64,000 nucleotides of DNA. It comes from an uncultured Candidatus Saccharibacteria bacterium (GTDB taxonomy: Bacteria > Patescibacteriota > WWE3 > UBA101185 > UBA10185). The stretch lies in assembly GCA_964615625.1 (NCBI GenBank), contig CAZTQT010000003.1, positions 4,379 through 68,378 of the forward strand. Reading direction: 5' to 3'. The notes under the pieces were generated by a model. That model made no database searches. It was not told the origin of the DNA and saw only the letters and a program-made list of their open reading frames with translations. This document shows, piece after piece, positions 46,884 through 57,659 of the stretch (its first letter is position 1; every line of letters starts with the position of its first letter). Position numbers and translations under genes: made by a program.

Positions 46884-49016
46884 ATGTTATCTAAGTTCTT
46901 TAATTTAATAAAAAAGCATATATTTTTGGTAGTTTTAATAGCTTTTTCGGCTATTAATTTTTTTGTAGCTTATAAGCTTAATATTTTCAGATATAACAAC
47001 TTTGATTTTGGAAAATTTGATCTTGGAAACATGGTTCAGATGATTTGGTATACCCTGAATGGTAAATTCATGTATTTGACTGATTATTTTGGTTCAAATG
47101 TTCCAAGATGGTCTATGAGCCATGTAGATCCCCTGCTTGTGTTGTTTGCCCCAGCTTTTGCAATATACCCACATCCTTTAACAATAGTCATAGTAGAGGT
47201 TTTTCTCGTTATTTTTTCTTCTATTATTGTTTATAAAATTGCCCAAATGGAATTAAAATCAGATCTAGCCGCCTGCTTACTTGGATGTGCCTATCTTCTT
47301 TACCCATCCATGGGTTTTATAAACGGTACAATGGGGTTTCATGCTGTTACTGCAGCCATACCATTTTTCCTTGGAGCTTTTTATTTATTTGAAAAAATGT
47401 ACAAGGAAAATAAATTCACTACAAAAAAATTGATCATATTTTGGATACTTGTGGTTTTAACAATGGCTGGAAAAGAACAAATCCCACTATATATTTTCAT
47501 GTGGGGGATTTTTATTTTGTTCTTTAGAACACCTGAAGCTGGGGGTTTTAAATTAAATTTAGATTGGTTTAAGAACTTTTTTAAACTTAAAACTGCAAGA
47601 ATAGGTATAAGTATGGCTATCGTAGGATTACTGTGGTTTGTAACGGCCTTTTTTGTAATAATTCCAAAAAATTCTCACTATAGGGTTGATAGTTACAACA
47701 GATTTTTGGAGTCAATTGGAGTAAGTATAGATGCCTCAAGTGATGTAACCATGGAAAATTACTTTTTAAGTAGATACAGTGCTTTTGGTGAGTCTTACTC
47801 AGAGGTCATAAAAAATATGATTGTAAATAATAAGGAGATAATTAGAGTATTTTTTAGTGGAGATAGACTTGATAGTTTAGATAGAACTTTAAGACCTGTT
47901 GCTTACATGCCTTTTGTTAATCCTGCAATGTTTTTAATATCTGCTCCCGACTTTTTAATAAATTATTTGGTTACAGAAGGTGGTTTGGGAGTTGAAGATA
48001 TAGAAAATCATAGAATCTCCATGATAATACCGGTTCTTATTGTATCTACAATATACGGTATAAGTATGTTGGTAGGTATAGCAGAAAGCATTTTTGAAAA
48101 AATAAAGAAACATAGAAATTTGGTTATATCAATACTTTCAGCAATTGTTTTGTTTTTTAGCTTTGAAACTACAGTTAAATACAACAATCCTATGTATCTT
48201 TGGTTTACCCAAGCTGTAAAAAGAAGAGTTTCCGCCGATGAGAGGAAAGATATTGTTAAAAATATAAAAGTTGGGGATGTGGTTAAACTTCCAGACTTAG
48301 ATCTTAAAGACATAAAATGTGCCAACGCTATAATTGATAAGATACCTGAGAATGCTTCTATTTCAGGCCCGGACAATCTTGGTGACCACTTAAGTATGAG
48401 AGAAACTTATGCAATTTTTCCCGCTTTATGGAATGAGGCCGATTACGTAATAGTAGATGTTCAATCAAGAAAATTACTGTCTATACTTGGATTAAATAGA
48501 AACATAATAAGAGATTTAACTCAAAGTTTAATCTCCACAGAAAGATACAACCTTATTATGGCTTGTGGGAACTTATATCTTTTTGAAAAAGGGGAGCCAC
48601 AAGAAAAGGTTAAGCTCCTTCCTATTCAAGAACGTTACTCATATAAGGAAAAATATGATTTTAACATTCTTGATCTTTTGGGAGTTGTTGATTTTGAAAT
48701 GCCTGAGAATGTTGAAAGAGAGAAAGTTTATGATGGTAGTGTAGTTTATAAGAAACTAACCAACAATGGTATGGATGGGTATCTTATTTACATGACTTTT
48801 ATGAATAAAAAAGATGGGCAAATATTTCAAGTAGCACATTTACCATCTTTTGCTGTTTTAGAACCATCTGATTGGTCAAAAGATATGTATTATGTTGAAT
48901 CAATTGATATAGCTTTACCGTCGTATGTTGATCCTGGGGATTATAGTTTGTTTTTGAGCTTGTCTAATAAAATAAAAATGAGAAGTATGTATTTAGGTGA
49001 TGTTGTCGTAAAATAG
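46884..49016 (+). CDS. DUF2079-family multi-TM protein (predicted GT-C fold) with a large extracytoplasmic C-terminal domain
   Basis: FDLGNMVQMIW, HVDP, FHAV, KE motif, about 10 TM segments, IPENASIS. Confidence 0.7.
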   Translation: MLSKFFNLIKKHIFLVVLIAFSAINFFVAYKLNIFRYNNFDFGKFDLGNMVQMIWYTLNGKFMYLTDYFGSNVPRWSMSHVDPLLVLFAPAFAIYPHPLTIVIVEVFLVIFSSIIVYKIAQMELKSDLAACLLGCAYLLYPSMGFINGTMGFHAVTAAIPFFLGAFYLFEKMYKENKFTTKKLIIFWILVVLTMAGKEQIPLYIFMWGIFILFFRTPEAGGFKLNLDWFKNFFKLKTARIGISMAIVGLLWFVTAFFVIIPKNSHYRVDSYNRFLESIGVSIDASSDVTMENYFLSRYSAFGESYSEVIKNMIVNNKEIIRVFFSGDRLDSLDRTLRPVAYMPFVNPAMFLISAPDFLINYLVTEGGLGVEDIENHRISMIIPVLIVSTIYGISMLVGIAESIFEKIKKHRNLVISILSAIVLFFSFETTVKYNNPMYLWFTQAVKRRVSADERKDIVKNIKVGDVVKLPDLDLKDIKCANAIIDKIPENASISGPDNLGDHLSMRETYAIFPALWNEADYVIVDVQSRKLLSILGLNRNIIRDLTQSLISTERYNLIMACGNLYLFEKGEPQEKVKLLPIQERYSYKEKYDFNILDLLGVVDFEMPENVEREKVYDGSVVYKKLTNNGMDGYLIYMTFMNKKDGQIFQVAHLPSFAVLEPSDWSKDMYYVESIDIALPSYVDPGDYSLFLSLSNKIKMRSMYLGDVVVK

Positions 49017-49024
49017 CTTTTAAT

Positions 49025-50515
49025 ATGAAAGATCTTGGAAAATGGCAATTTATTAGCATGATTTCTCAAGGAATCGCAATGGTTCTTGGGATGGTTGGTA
49101 CGTTTGTAATTATTAGGATTTTAACAGTTGGGGAATGGGGAGTCGTTCAGCTTGCAATGTCTATTGGGGGTACTCTTGGTATATATCAACATTTAGGTTT
49201 AGTCTCAGCAAGTACAAGAGAAATATCTTCTGCAAAAAATGATAAGGATATATTTAAAATATTTGTTACATCGGCAGTAGTAAGGTATTGCGTGACCTTG
49301 CCCATAGCTTTGGGCTTGTTTTTCTTATCAAAACATATAGCCATAAATCTTTATCACAATGAAGATCTTGTTACTCCTCTAAGATTGTATTCAACAGCGT
49401 TATTATTCCAGGGTATTCAAGGAATTTTAAATTCAGTTATATCTGGGACAAAGAGATTTAAGCATTTATTTTTGTATCAAATAATTATTTCGGTGGTAAA
49501 TATACTTATATTTATTCCATTTGTTTACATTTTTAAGATAAATGGTTATTTCTACGGATTTTTGGTTTTTAATATAATTTCATCAATTGCCTTATCAATA
49601 ATTGCTTTTAAACCATTAAAAGGTAAGTTGATAATGCCTAGTAAAAAAGATTTTGTAAGGCTTTTTAAAGAGATATTTTCAATAAGTATAGCTATTTATC
49701 TAGTTAAAATTTTGTACACAAACTGGCAGAAATTTGGAAACAATGTTCTTGGATTGTATAACTCTACTGAAGTTGTAGCTATATTTGCTTTTGCACTTCT
49801 ATATGCTGAAAAAATAATGATGGTATCTGACTCTGTTACAACAGTTAATATCCCTATGTTTTCAGAAAGGTACGTCAATGATTTTAAAGAATTTAAGACA
49901 TCATTTGAAAAGAACTTCAATAAACTTTTTTCATTTATTATTTTTACAGGCACATTTGCTGCTTATTTTGCACCTTTTTTAATTAACATACTAGTAGGTG
50001 GGAAAAAATATGACGAAGCCTTGGTTTTAGTCGCCCCCGTTATAACGGCTTTTGTAATATACTCTTTCATTAACATAATAACTTCTAGTGTAATGATCCC
50101 GGCGAAGTTGGCAAAAAGTATGATTGGAAGTTATATCTTTTTGTTAGTTGGAACAGTACTTTCATTTTTCATTCTAAGAGGTTTTATAAATCCTCTACCT
50201 TCTGTTTCTTGGTCAATGGTTATAGGTAGCATTTTAGGTTTATTCTTTGTCCTTTACTGGGTTAGAAAACGATTAGGTTTTTCATTTTTTAATATAGATC
50301 ATGTTGTAATAATAGTTCAGGGTTTTGCTATATCTATGTTGTGTGGTGTAACCATACCTTTTTTAACTAAATTATTTTTAGCAATACCGTTGTTTGGTCT
50401 TTTAATTTGGGGATTTTTTGAATCTAAGTTTATAGATAAGAACGATATTAAAAATACATTTGGAAAGTTTTCTGCAATTTTTAAAAAGGAAAGTGTTGCT
50501 AAAAGTGGAAAATAA
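49025..50515 (+). CDS. Wzx/MOP-family oligosaccharide flippase
   Basis: RILTVGEWG, LGL...REIS, PMFSE, about 13-14 TM segments. Confidence 0.8.
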   Translation: MKDLGKWQFISMISQGIAMVLGMVGTFVIIRILTVGEWGVVQLAMSIGGTLGIYQHLGLVSASTREISSAKNDKDIFKIFVTSAVVRYCVTLPIALGLFFLSKHIAINLYHNEDLVTPLRLYSTALLFQGIQGILNSVISGTKRFKHLFLYQIIISVVNILIFIPFVYIFKINGYFYGFLVFNIISSIALSIIAFKPLKGKLIMPSKKDFVRLFKEIFSISIAIYLVKILYTNWQKFGNNVLGLYNSTEVVAIFAFALLYAEKIMMVSDSVTTVNIPMFSERYVNDFKEFKTSFEKNFNKLFSFIIFTGTFAAYFAPFLINILVGGKKYDEALVLVAPVITAFVIYSFINIITSSVMIPAKLAKSMIGSYIFLLVGTVLSFFILRGFINPLPSVSWSMVIGSILGLFFVLYWVRKRLGFSFFNIDHVVIIVQGFAISMLCGVTIPFLTKLFLAIPLFGLLIWGFFESKFIDKNDIKNTFGKFSAIFKKESVAKSGK

Positions 50516-51416
50516 AGAAGAAAAAAAATCTATAAAAATATTAAAAACTGTTATCAAGATATTAATAAGTTCAGTTCTTATATTTTATTTATTCTCACGT
50601 AAAATAGACAAAGGTGAGTTGGTTGAGAATTTTAAGCTCTTAGACTGGAGATATGTCCCTCTTGTTTTTGCCACTATCATAATACATTACGCTATCAGTT
50701 CTTTTAGATGGAAATCACTTTTAATTCATGAAAAATCTAATGAAGTATCACGATGGTATCTTCTCAAGCTTTATTTCATGGGAGCATTTTTTAATAACTT
50801 TATGCCTACCAGTATAGGTGGTGATGTTTTTAAAATGTATAAATTGGGTAAGAAAATTAAAGACCCTGCCACAGGATTCACGTCTGTTTTTACAGAAAGA
50901 TTTACTGGTATTGTAATGTTATTTTTAATAGGACTTTTAAGTATTGGTAAAAATTTAGGTTGGGGAGTGATTATACTTTTAATTTGGTTTATTGTAGCAA
51001 TGTATATTGGTATGTTTGTTCTAAAAGTATTGGGCGGGAAGATAAAATTCTTCGGAGACATTTACAATTCTTTAATGGTATATAAGAATCATTTAAAAGT
51101 TCTTTGGTTTGCAATGTTTACGTCTTTTTTAATTCAACTTTTAGCTATATCTACCCAATATCTTTTGTTTGTAGCAGTAGGTATAAAACTACCATTATTT
51201 TATAGTTTAATGGCTTTTCCAATAATTACACTTGTAGGGTTTTTTGTTCCATCAATAAACGGTTTGGGAGTTCAAGACACTTTATATGCCAGTATGTTTT
51301 CTTTGGTCGGAGTATCTACGAGCACTGCTATATCAGTTTCAGTCATGTACCACATGGTAAGAATGGGTGTAAGTTTAATCGGAGGTGTAATGTATGCCCT
51401 CGATAGGGATTCTTAA
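50493..51416 (+). CDS. LPG_synthase_TM/UPF0104 flippase-like membrane protein
   Basis: RWKSLL, FFNNFMPTSIGGDV, ER, PSINGLG; start codon uncertain. Confidence 0.8.
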   Translation: MLLKVENKEEKKSIKILKTVIKILISSVLIFYLFSRKIDKGELVENFKLLDWRYVPLVFATIIIHYAISSFRWKSLLIHEKSNEVSRWYLLKLYFMGAFFNNFMPTSIGGDVFKMYKLGKKIKDPATGFTSVFTERFTGIVMLFLIGLLSIGKNLGWGVIILLIWFIVAMYIGMFVLKVLGGKIKFFGDIYNSLMVYKNHLKVLWFAMFTSFLIQLLAISTQYLLFVAVGIKLPLFYSLMAFPIITLVGFFVPSINGLGVQDTLYASMFSLVGVSTSTAISVSVMYHMVRMGVSLIGGVMYALDRDS

Positions 51417-52980
51417 AGAACTAAAAGATAAAAAAGTTTTCCGTTTTGCCCTTTTGTTTTTATTCTTGGTTTTGTTTGCTATTACACGTTTACCTAGACT
51501 AAAAGATGATGTTGTAAATCCAGATGGAACAAACTGGCATTATAGATCAGAGCAATTTATATCTGGAATAAAGCACGGACAGTTTGAAAAAACATACCAG
51601 CATTATCATCCAGGAACAACTTTAATGTGGATTTCTGGAGTTGGGGTAGAAGTATATAAACAAGTTACAGGAATTACATCTTATAATTCTGAAAATTTTT
51701 TAACGTTTGATTTAGTTGCAAAAATTTCGGTTATTTTTGTTCAATTTATATTGTCTGTTTTTCTAATATTTCTGTTTTCAAAGTTAGTAGGGTTTTATAA
51801 ATCTTTTTTAACTGTTTCAATTTTTACTTTTGAGCCTTGGTTTTTGGCTAATTCAAGACTTTACCACTTGGATGTTCTTCTTACACTGCTAATTTTTATT
51901 AGCATTATTTTTGCTTATATAAATATGAAAGAGCCTTCAGTCAAGAACTCTTTACTGACTGGTCTTTTTATATCTTTATCATTTTTAACAAAAAGTGTTG
52001 CTCTAGGACTGTTAATATTTGTAATTTTTTGCACCTCATTTTGTTTGTTTAGAGCAGGTAAAAAAGAGAAGATATTTTCTTCTGTTGGTTATATTTTTCT
52101 ATCATTCACATTTTTCACATTTTTACTTTTACCGGCTTTGTGGGTAAATCCTAAGTATTGTCTATCTAATATGATAAGTGAGACTGGGAAGGCTGGAATA
52201 GAAAGAGGACATGACCAGATAATATTTGAAAAAGAAACTAATGACGGTGGAGCCCTTTTTTATCCTTTAGTAACGTTGTTAAAAGTTAGTCCATTTATGA
52301 TAATTGGTTCCTTGCTTGGATTTTATTATTTTATAAATAGAAAAATAAAAGATAAGAAATTTAGTAATTTTGGGATTTACCTCTTATTCTTTTTAATTGG
52401 GTATTTAGTTGGGATGACTATTCCCTCTAAAAAAATAGACAGATATATTTTGGTGCTTTTTCCATTTTTGGCTTACTCCTGTGTGGTTGGATATAAATTT
52501 TTATTTGAAAATTTAAAGAGCGAGAGCCAGAAAAATATTTTTAAGATTATTGTTCCGTCAATGTTAGCAGTGTTTTGGGTTATACCTTACTTTACACTGT
52601 TCCCATGGTATTTTGTTTACACAAATCCTTTATTTGGATCCCCATGTAATGCTAATAAAATAATAGGTCAAAAACCATTTGGTGTTGGAATTCCTGACTT
52701 AGAAAAATTGATTAAAGCTCGTTATGGTGATCCTAAACTTGGGTTTTATGATACCCAGCCTATAAAAGCTATTTATCCAAATTCTAAGGTATTTGATGTT
52801 AGAACTTATGGGCCAAGTAGTTATAACCTTTTGATTCTTGGTATAAATGAAGGTATACCCAAAAAAGTTTTGGATAATGAGAAGTATTCTTTTAGGAAGG
52901 ATTATTCTTTGTGGATAAATGGGTTAGAATATTGGAGAGTCTATGTTAGAGAGGATAAGGTAGTTGAATATGAAAAATGA
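51394..52980 (+). CDS. GT-C (PMT_2/ArnT-like) membrane glycosyltransferase
   Basis: NPD acidic loop, YHPG, EP...SRLYHLD, LTK, DRYIL; SD GGAGGTG. Confidence 0.75.
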   Translation: MPSIGILKELKDKKVFRFALLFLFLVLFAITRLPRLKDDVVNPDGTNWHYRSEQFISGIKHGQFEKTYQHYHPGTTLMWISGVGVEVYKQVTGITSYNSENFLTFDLVAKISVIFVQFILSVFLIFLFSKLVGFYKSFLTVSIFTFEPWFLANSRLYHLDVLLTLLIFISIIFAYINMKEPSVKNSLLTGLFISLSFLTKSVALGLLIFVIFCTSFCLFRAGKKEKIFSSVGYIFLSFTFFTFLLLPALWVNPKYCLSNMISETGKAGIERGHDQIIFEKETNDGGALFYPLVTLLKVSPFMIIGSLLGFYYFINRKIKDKKFSNFGIYLLFFLIGYLVGMTIPSKKIDRYILVLFPFLAYSCVVGYKFLFENLKSESQKNIFKIIVPSMLAVFWVIPYFTLFPWYFVYTNPLFGSPCNANKIIGQKPFGVGIPDLEKLIKARYGDPKLGFYDTQPIKAIYPNSKVFDVRTYGPSSYNLLILGINEGIPKKVLDNEKYSFRKDYSLWINGLEYWRVYVREDKVVEYEK

Positions 52981-53005
52981 AAATAAAATGAAAAATGAAA
53001 AGAAA
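52970..53005 (+). repeat. 18-nt tandem duplication at a gene start
   Basis: atgaaaaatgaaaataaa / atgaaaaatgaaaagaaa (one mismatch). Confidence 0.6.
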
Positions 53006-54601
53006 ATTAAATTTAATTTGCTTCTATTTTTAATCATAGTTTTAGCTTTAATTTTAAGGTTGGTTGGGATACAGCACGGGTTTCCTTTCATTTACCATCC
53101 CGACGAGCCTACAATAATACGATCAGCTTTAGGTGTTAGGTTTAATCTAAACCCTGGGCATTTTGATTGGCCTCATTTGTATATTTATTTAAATTTTATT
53201 TTATATAAAGTTTTTGCTGCAGTTAGGGATCTTGCCGTAAGCGCGGGGTTGAAAGAAACTATTTCCTCATCCTTACCTTTAGTTTGGAATGACAATTTAA
53301 TTTTTTACTACCTAACAAGGTGTCTTTCTGCTATCTTTGGAGCTTTAACAGTTATTCCGTTATATTTAACAGGAAAAGAGTTATTTGGAAAAAAAGCTGG
53401 TATACTTTCCGCCTTAACTATGGCCATTTTACCTTACCATGTTTGGCACTCCCATTATTCCTTAGGGGATGTTCCAATGGTTTTTATGCTTGCTTGGGGT
53501 TTGTATTTTTCATCAAAGATAATAAAAAGCTCGGATACTAAAAATTACTTGTTAGCAGGTTTATTTGTAGGTTTATCTGCCTCTATGAAGTACAACGGAG
53601 GTTTATCTGCCTTAATGGTTCCTGTTGCTCATTTTATTAGGGTTCTTATATCCAAAAAAGACTCTGAGGTCTTTGTAAAATCAGAAATTTTAGATAAAAA
53701 GGGGTTTTTAAGCTTAGTGTTTTCTGGTGCGTTTGCTTTATTTGGTTTCTTAATTGGAACTCCCTATGCTTTGTTTGATTTCAAAACTTTTTCAAGAACA
53801 GATGGTCCTCAGGGAGCTTTTTGGCAGTTTACAAATGTTGGTTCTGTAAGGTTTATGGAACATGTTGGGAAGTTTTTTACAGAAAGTTTTGGAAGAATAC
53901 TTACCAACACTGGATATGTCGTTATGCCTGTGTACTTTATAGTTCTTGGTTATTTAATTTATAAAATAGTAAAAAAGAAAACAGAAGAAAGAGATTTTTA
54001 CTTACTATTTTTATACATTGTTTCACTATTTTTAATTTGGTATGAGTCTGGATTTAAAAATAATAGGTCTCATTATTACTTTATTTTCTACCCGTTTTTA
54101 GCCTTGATTTTCGGATTTTTTGTAAACTGCTTAAGGTATAAGTTTAGTTTAGGTTGGCCAAAAGAAAATTTTTCTAAATTATTTTCAAAAATTGTGGTTC
54201 CCATACTTTTTGCACCATTGTTAATCTCATCAATCTCAAGTTCCCGTGCTTTTGTGCAAAAAGATACCAGAAACATGCTTTATGATTGGCTTAAGAAAAA
54301 CTACGTTAGTAGAGATATTATTTTTTACACAGACAGAGACTTAAAACAAATATTTGATTTTGTTAATGCAAGATCCGTTAAAGGCTTAAGTAGGTATGAC
54401 AAATCAGGAGATTCTATAATTATACTTTCTAGTCAGTCTACAGTTGAATTTAAAGGTGTTGATAGTGAGTTTGTAAAAAAGGAGATAAGATTCGATAGTA
54501 AAGGCAAGAGAGGTCCTGATATTGAAGTTTATTTTTATGACGGTCCTGATGATGTTGTGAAAAAAGAAAATAGTGGTGGAGGTTGTGGTTGTGGGAGATA
54601 A
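52970..54601 (+). CDS. GT-C (PMT_2/ArnT-like) membrane glycosyltransferase
   Basis: YHPDEP, FDWPHLY, SHYSLGDVP, KYNG, TPY. Confidence 0.78.
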   Translation: MKNENKMKNEKKIKFNLLLFLIIVLALILRLVGIQHGFPFIYHPDEPTIIRSALGVRFNLNPGHFDWPHLYIYLNFILYKVFAAVRDLAVSAGLKETISSSLPLVWNDNLIFYYLTRCLSAIFGALTVIPLYLTGKELFGKKAGILSALTMAILPYHVWHSHYSLGDVPMVFMLAWGLYFSSKIIKSSDTKNYLLAGLFVGLSASMKYNGGLSALMVPVAHFIRVLISKKDSEVFVKSEILDKKGFLSLVFSGAFALFGFLIGTPYALFDFKTFSRTDGPQGAFWQFTNVGSVRFMEHVGKFFTESFGRILTNTGYVVMPVYFIVLGYLIYKIVKKKTEERDFYLLFLYIVSLFLIWYESGFKNNRSHYYFIFYPFLALIFGFFVNCLRYKFSLGWPKENFSKLFSKIVVPILFAPLLISSISSSRAFVQKDTRNMLYDWLKKNYVSRDIIFYTDRDLKQIFDFVNARSVKGLSRYDKSGDSIIILSSQSTVEFKGVDSEFVKKEIRFDSKGKRGPDIEVYFYDGPDDVVKKENSGGGCGCGR

Positions 54602-54602
54602 C

Positions 54603-56360
54603 ATGGTGAAAAAACAGGTTAATGCAACAAAAGAAAAGAAGGGATCTAAAAATAACAAAAAAGTATGTTTCATAAAAAGGTTTTTGTACGAAATATTGGT
54701 TTTTGTGTTTTTTGTATTGATACACATTCCCAGCTTGGGTAATGATAACTTCAACACTGATGTTTGGAAGTGGAAGGCCAGATCCCAAGGGTTTGGTAAT
54801 GGTGTAACAAGTTTAAAGTTTAAAGATACTCTACAAACATACCACCCAGGAGTAATTTTAATGTGGGCGGGAAGTGTAGGGTCAAAAATTAATAATTTTG
54901 TGGCTACTTCCAAAGGAATGTCCTTGTTAATAGATGATGATGTAGACATTGTTTTTCAGTTAGATTTTATCCAGAAATTGGTTGTAGTTATCATAGCTGG
55001 AATTTCCATCTCATTTATATTCTATATTCTTAAAAAATTATTTTCTGTTAAGCACGCATTAATTTCTGTTGTTTTACTTTCTCTTGAACCTTTTTATCTT
55101 GGTCTAACAAGAGTTTTTCACCTAGAAGGTTTAGTTTCTACCTTTATGTTGGCTAGTGTTTTATGGCTGTATTACTTTTTCCAAGATAGTAATAAAAAAC
55201 CAAGATTAGTATTATCTGCAATTTTTGCTGGTTTTGCTGTTTTAACAAAAACATCTGCATTATTTTTAGTTCTTTTCTGTGGTTTGACCGTGTTAATTTA
55301 CATTTTCCTTAACGGGAAATACTGTTTTAAAAATAGATCAGGGGCAAAAAATTTGTGGAAAAACTTAGGTGATTTTTTAAAGGCATTTGGAAAGATATTT
55401 TTGCCGTGGTTTGGTGTTTTAATTATGGTATTTTTTATTCTTTGGCCAGCAATGTGGGTAATTCCTGGGCAAGCATTATCAAGTTTATTTACAGGAATAA
55501 GTGATGTAGGTGTAGAAGGAGATCATATTCAGTTTTATTTTGGAAAACTGGTTGAAGATCCGGGTTTTAGTTTTTATTTTGTAGTTTTAGCTCTAAGATC
55601 TTCTGCGTACCTTTTAATTGGGTTTATAGGATCTTTCATAATTAGGAAAAAATTACCAGAAAATATTAGAAACTTTGTTAATTTTCTTTTAATTTTTGTA
55701 TTTTTTTACTTTATACAGCTCATTATTCCAACAAAAAAGCTAGATAGATACATATTGCCTACGTTAGTGGTCATATCCTTAATTTCATCTACATTTTATG
55801 TTTGGGTTTTTGAAAAATTAAGTTCTAGGAAAACATGGGAAAAAGTACTATCTTTTGTAATTTTTATTTTTCCTGCTATTTACATTTGTGTCTTAGTCCA
55901 TCCAGATTATTTATCTTACTTCAACCCCATGTTTGGTGGTTTAAAAACAGGCATGAAGATTATAGAACCTAAGTGGATTGTAGGTGAAAGGGAGATAACC
56001 AATTATTTTGATGCATTAGCTAAAAAAGAAGGTGATGTGTTTTCTACAGATACATCGTTTAAGGACATTGTATATAAACAGTTTGGTGTAAGGTTAAAAA
56101 CTACAATGACAGTAGGTTTTCAAGAAAAATATTACACTCAAATATGGCCATTTTTTAGGCAAAAAGGAAACTGGGCTGTGGTAGAAAATTTAACTCCCTA
56201 TGCTACCAAAACTAAGTATTTTATATATCCTGTGTGGGATGATGTATCCGGAAATGAAACAAGGGTGCCTTTAAGATATTTTGACACAATATTTGTTAGA
56301 GGTGTCCCAATGTACAATGTTTACAAAAACGAGGGGGAAGGTGTCCATAATAAAAAGTAA
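54603..56360 (+). CDS. GT-C (PMT_2/ArnT-like) membrane glycosyltransferase, paralogue of 51394-52980
   Basis: NTD, YHPGVILMW, EP...TRVFHLE, LTK, KKLDRYIL. Confidence 0.75.
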   Translation: MVKKQVNATKEKKGSKNNKKVCFIKRFLYEILVFVFFVLIHIPSLGNDNFNTDVWKWKARSQGFGNGVTSLKFKDTLQTYHPGVILMWAGSVGSKINNFVATSKGMSLLIDDDVDIVFQLDFIQKLVVVIIAGISISFIFYILKKLFSVKHALISVVLLSLEPFYLGLTRVFHLEGLVSTFMLASVLWLYYFFQDSNKKPRLVLSAIFAGFAVLTKTSALFLVLFCGLTVLIYIFLNGKYCFKNRSGAKNLWKNLGDFLKAFGKIFLPWFGVLIMVFFILWPAMWVIPGQALSSLFTGISDVGVEGDHIQFYFGKLVEDPGFSFYFVVLALRSSAYLLIGFIGSFIIRKKLPENIRNFVNFLLIFVFFYFIQLIIPTKKLDRYILPTLVVISLISSTFYVWVFEKLSSRKTWEKVLSFVIFIFPAIYICVLVHPDYLSYFNPMFGGLKTGMKIIEPKWIVGEREITNYFDALAKKEGDVFSTDTSFKDIVYKQFGVRLKTTMTVGFQEKYYTQIWPFFRQKGNWAVVENLTPYATKTKYFIYPVWDDVSGNETRVPLRYFDTIFVRGVPMYNVYKNEGEGVHNKK

Positions 56361-57648
56361 AATAAAACAAATTGGTAATAATGAAGAAGTTTTGGATACT
56401 ATCATTGTTAGTATTGCTACTTTAGTAGGTTCGGTTTTTAGCTATCTTTTGCAATTTGTTTTAGGACGAAAATTATCTGTTGAGGATTACGGTACTTTTA
56501 ATACCCTTCTTTCTTTAACCACTATAGTTGGAGTTTTATCGGGAGTTTTAGGAACGGCTTTAATAAAAGTATCTGCCGAGATGTATGCTAAAGATAAAGA
56601 TAATGGAAAGTTAGAGTACTTTCTTTACAAAACCTTGGCTTTTTCCTTTTTAGCTTTAATTATTTCGTTTTTCCTAGGAGTCTTATTTTCTAATTTTGTT
56701 TCTATTTATTTGAATATAAACGACAGTGTTTTAATAATGCTCTTAGGTTTATTTGTAGGACTCTCCTTTTTACTGATAGTTCCCCAAGCTTTTTTGCAAG
56801 GAGTACAGAAATTTAGGAGGTATTCAATTTTTCATGTTGTGAATATGGTTTTAAGGTTAGTTATTCCTATAGTCTTTGTTTATGCCGGGTTTAGCATTAG
56901 AGGTGTCTGGGTTGGTTTATCTGTATCTTATGTTTTTTCATTTTTGTTGGGAATGTTACTGCTAAAGGTTAAAGTTAAAAATGTTGAAAAAAAGGACATT
57001 TCATCTTATTTGGAGAAATTAAAATCCTTATCTGTTTCAATAATTTTAGTTAATTTTGCTTTAATGTTTTTAAACAATATTGATGTGATTATGGTTAAAA
57101 AGTACTTTTCTCCTACAGAAGCAGGTTATTATTCTGGAACTGTAACTTTAGGAAAAATATTACTTTTTGGAGCTGGGGCCTTTACTACAGTTATGTTTCC
57201 AAGAATAACTGCACTTTACGTTAGTGGTAAGGAGTTTATACATAAGCTAAAAATGATATTTTTTCTTCTTCTTGGAGTGCTTTTTGTAGGAGTTTTATGT
57301 TATAGAATTTTCCCAGAGTTTTTAACTAGAGTTTTCTTTGGAGAGGCTTTTATGAGTTCTCAAGAATACTTACCTTTGTTTTCTATATTTGTTTCTATTT
57401 ATGTATTAATAAATTTTTTAGTTATGTTTTTCTTGGCTATAGATAAAAAAGCTGTGGGTTTTTTGTTACTGCCGGGGGTTGTGGCACAGTATATTCTTTT
57501 AAATATTTTCCATGATAGTTTATGGGATGTAATAAAAATAAATATAGGAGTTAGTGTTTTTATACTTGTGTTGTTGTTGGTTTACGGATTGTTTGGGAAA
57601 ATATTGAATAAAATGTCGTCTTTTGAAAAAAGTAGAAAATTTAAGTAG
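56341..57648 (+). CDS. Wzx/MOP-family oligosaccharide flippase
   Basis: GRKLSVEDYG, LQG, DVIMVK, AGYYS, MFP; GTG 56341 preferred over TTG 56281. Confidence 0.82.
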   Translation: MSIIKSKIKQIGNNEEVLDTIIVSIATLVGSVFSYLLQFVLGRKLSVEDYGTFNTLLSLTTIVGVLSGVLGTALIKVSAEMYAKDKDNGKLEYFLYKTLAFSFLALIISFFLGVLFSNFVSIYLNINDSVLIMLLGLFVGLSFLLIVPQAFLQGVQKFRRYSIFHVVNMVLRLVIPIVFVYAGFSIRGVWVGLSVSYVFSFLLGMLLLKVKVKNVEKKDISSYLEKLKSLSVSIILVNFALMFLNNIDVIMVKKYFSPTEAGYYSGTVTLGKILLFGAGAFTTVMFPRITALYVSGKEFIHKLKMIFFLLLGVLFVGVLCYRIFPEFLTRVFFGEAFMSSQEYLPLFSIFVSIYVLINFLVMFFLAIDKKAVGFLLLPGVVAQYILLNIFHDSLWDVIKINIGVSVFILVLLLVYGLFGKILNKMSSFEKSRKFK

Positions 57649-57659
57649 AATTTCATCTG

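Noticed and set aside
46884-49016. Possible oligosaccharyltransferase (PglB/AglB)
   Set aside because: No WWDxG motif; the motifs fit DUF2079 better.
52970-53005. Tandem repeat as a phase-variation switch
   Set aside because: Only two copies, and the 18-nt unit preserves the reading frame.
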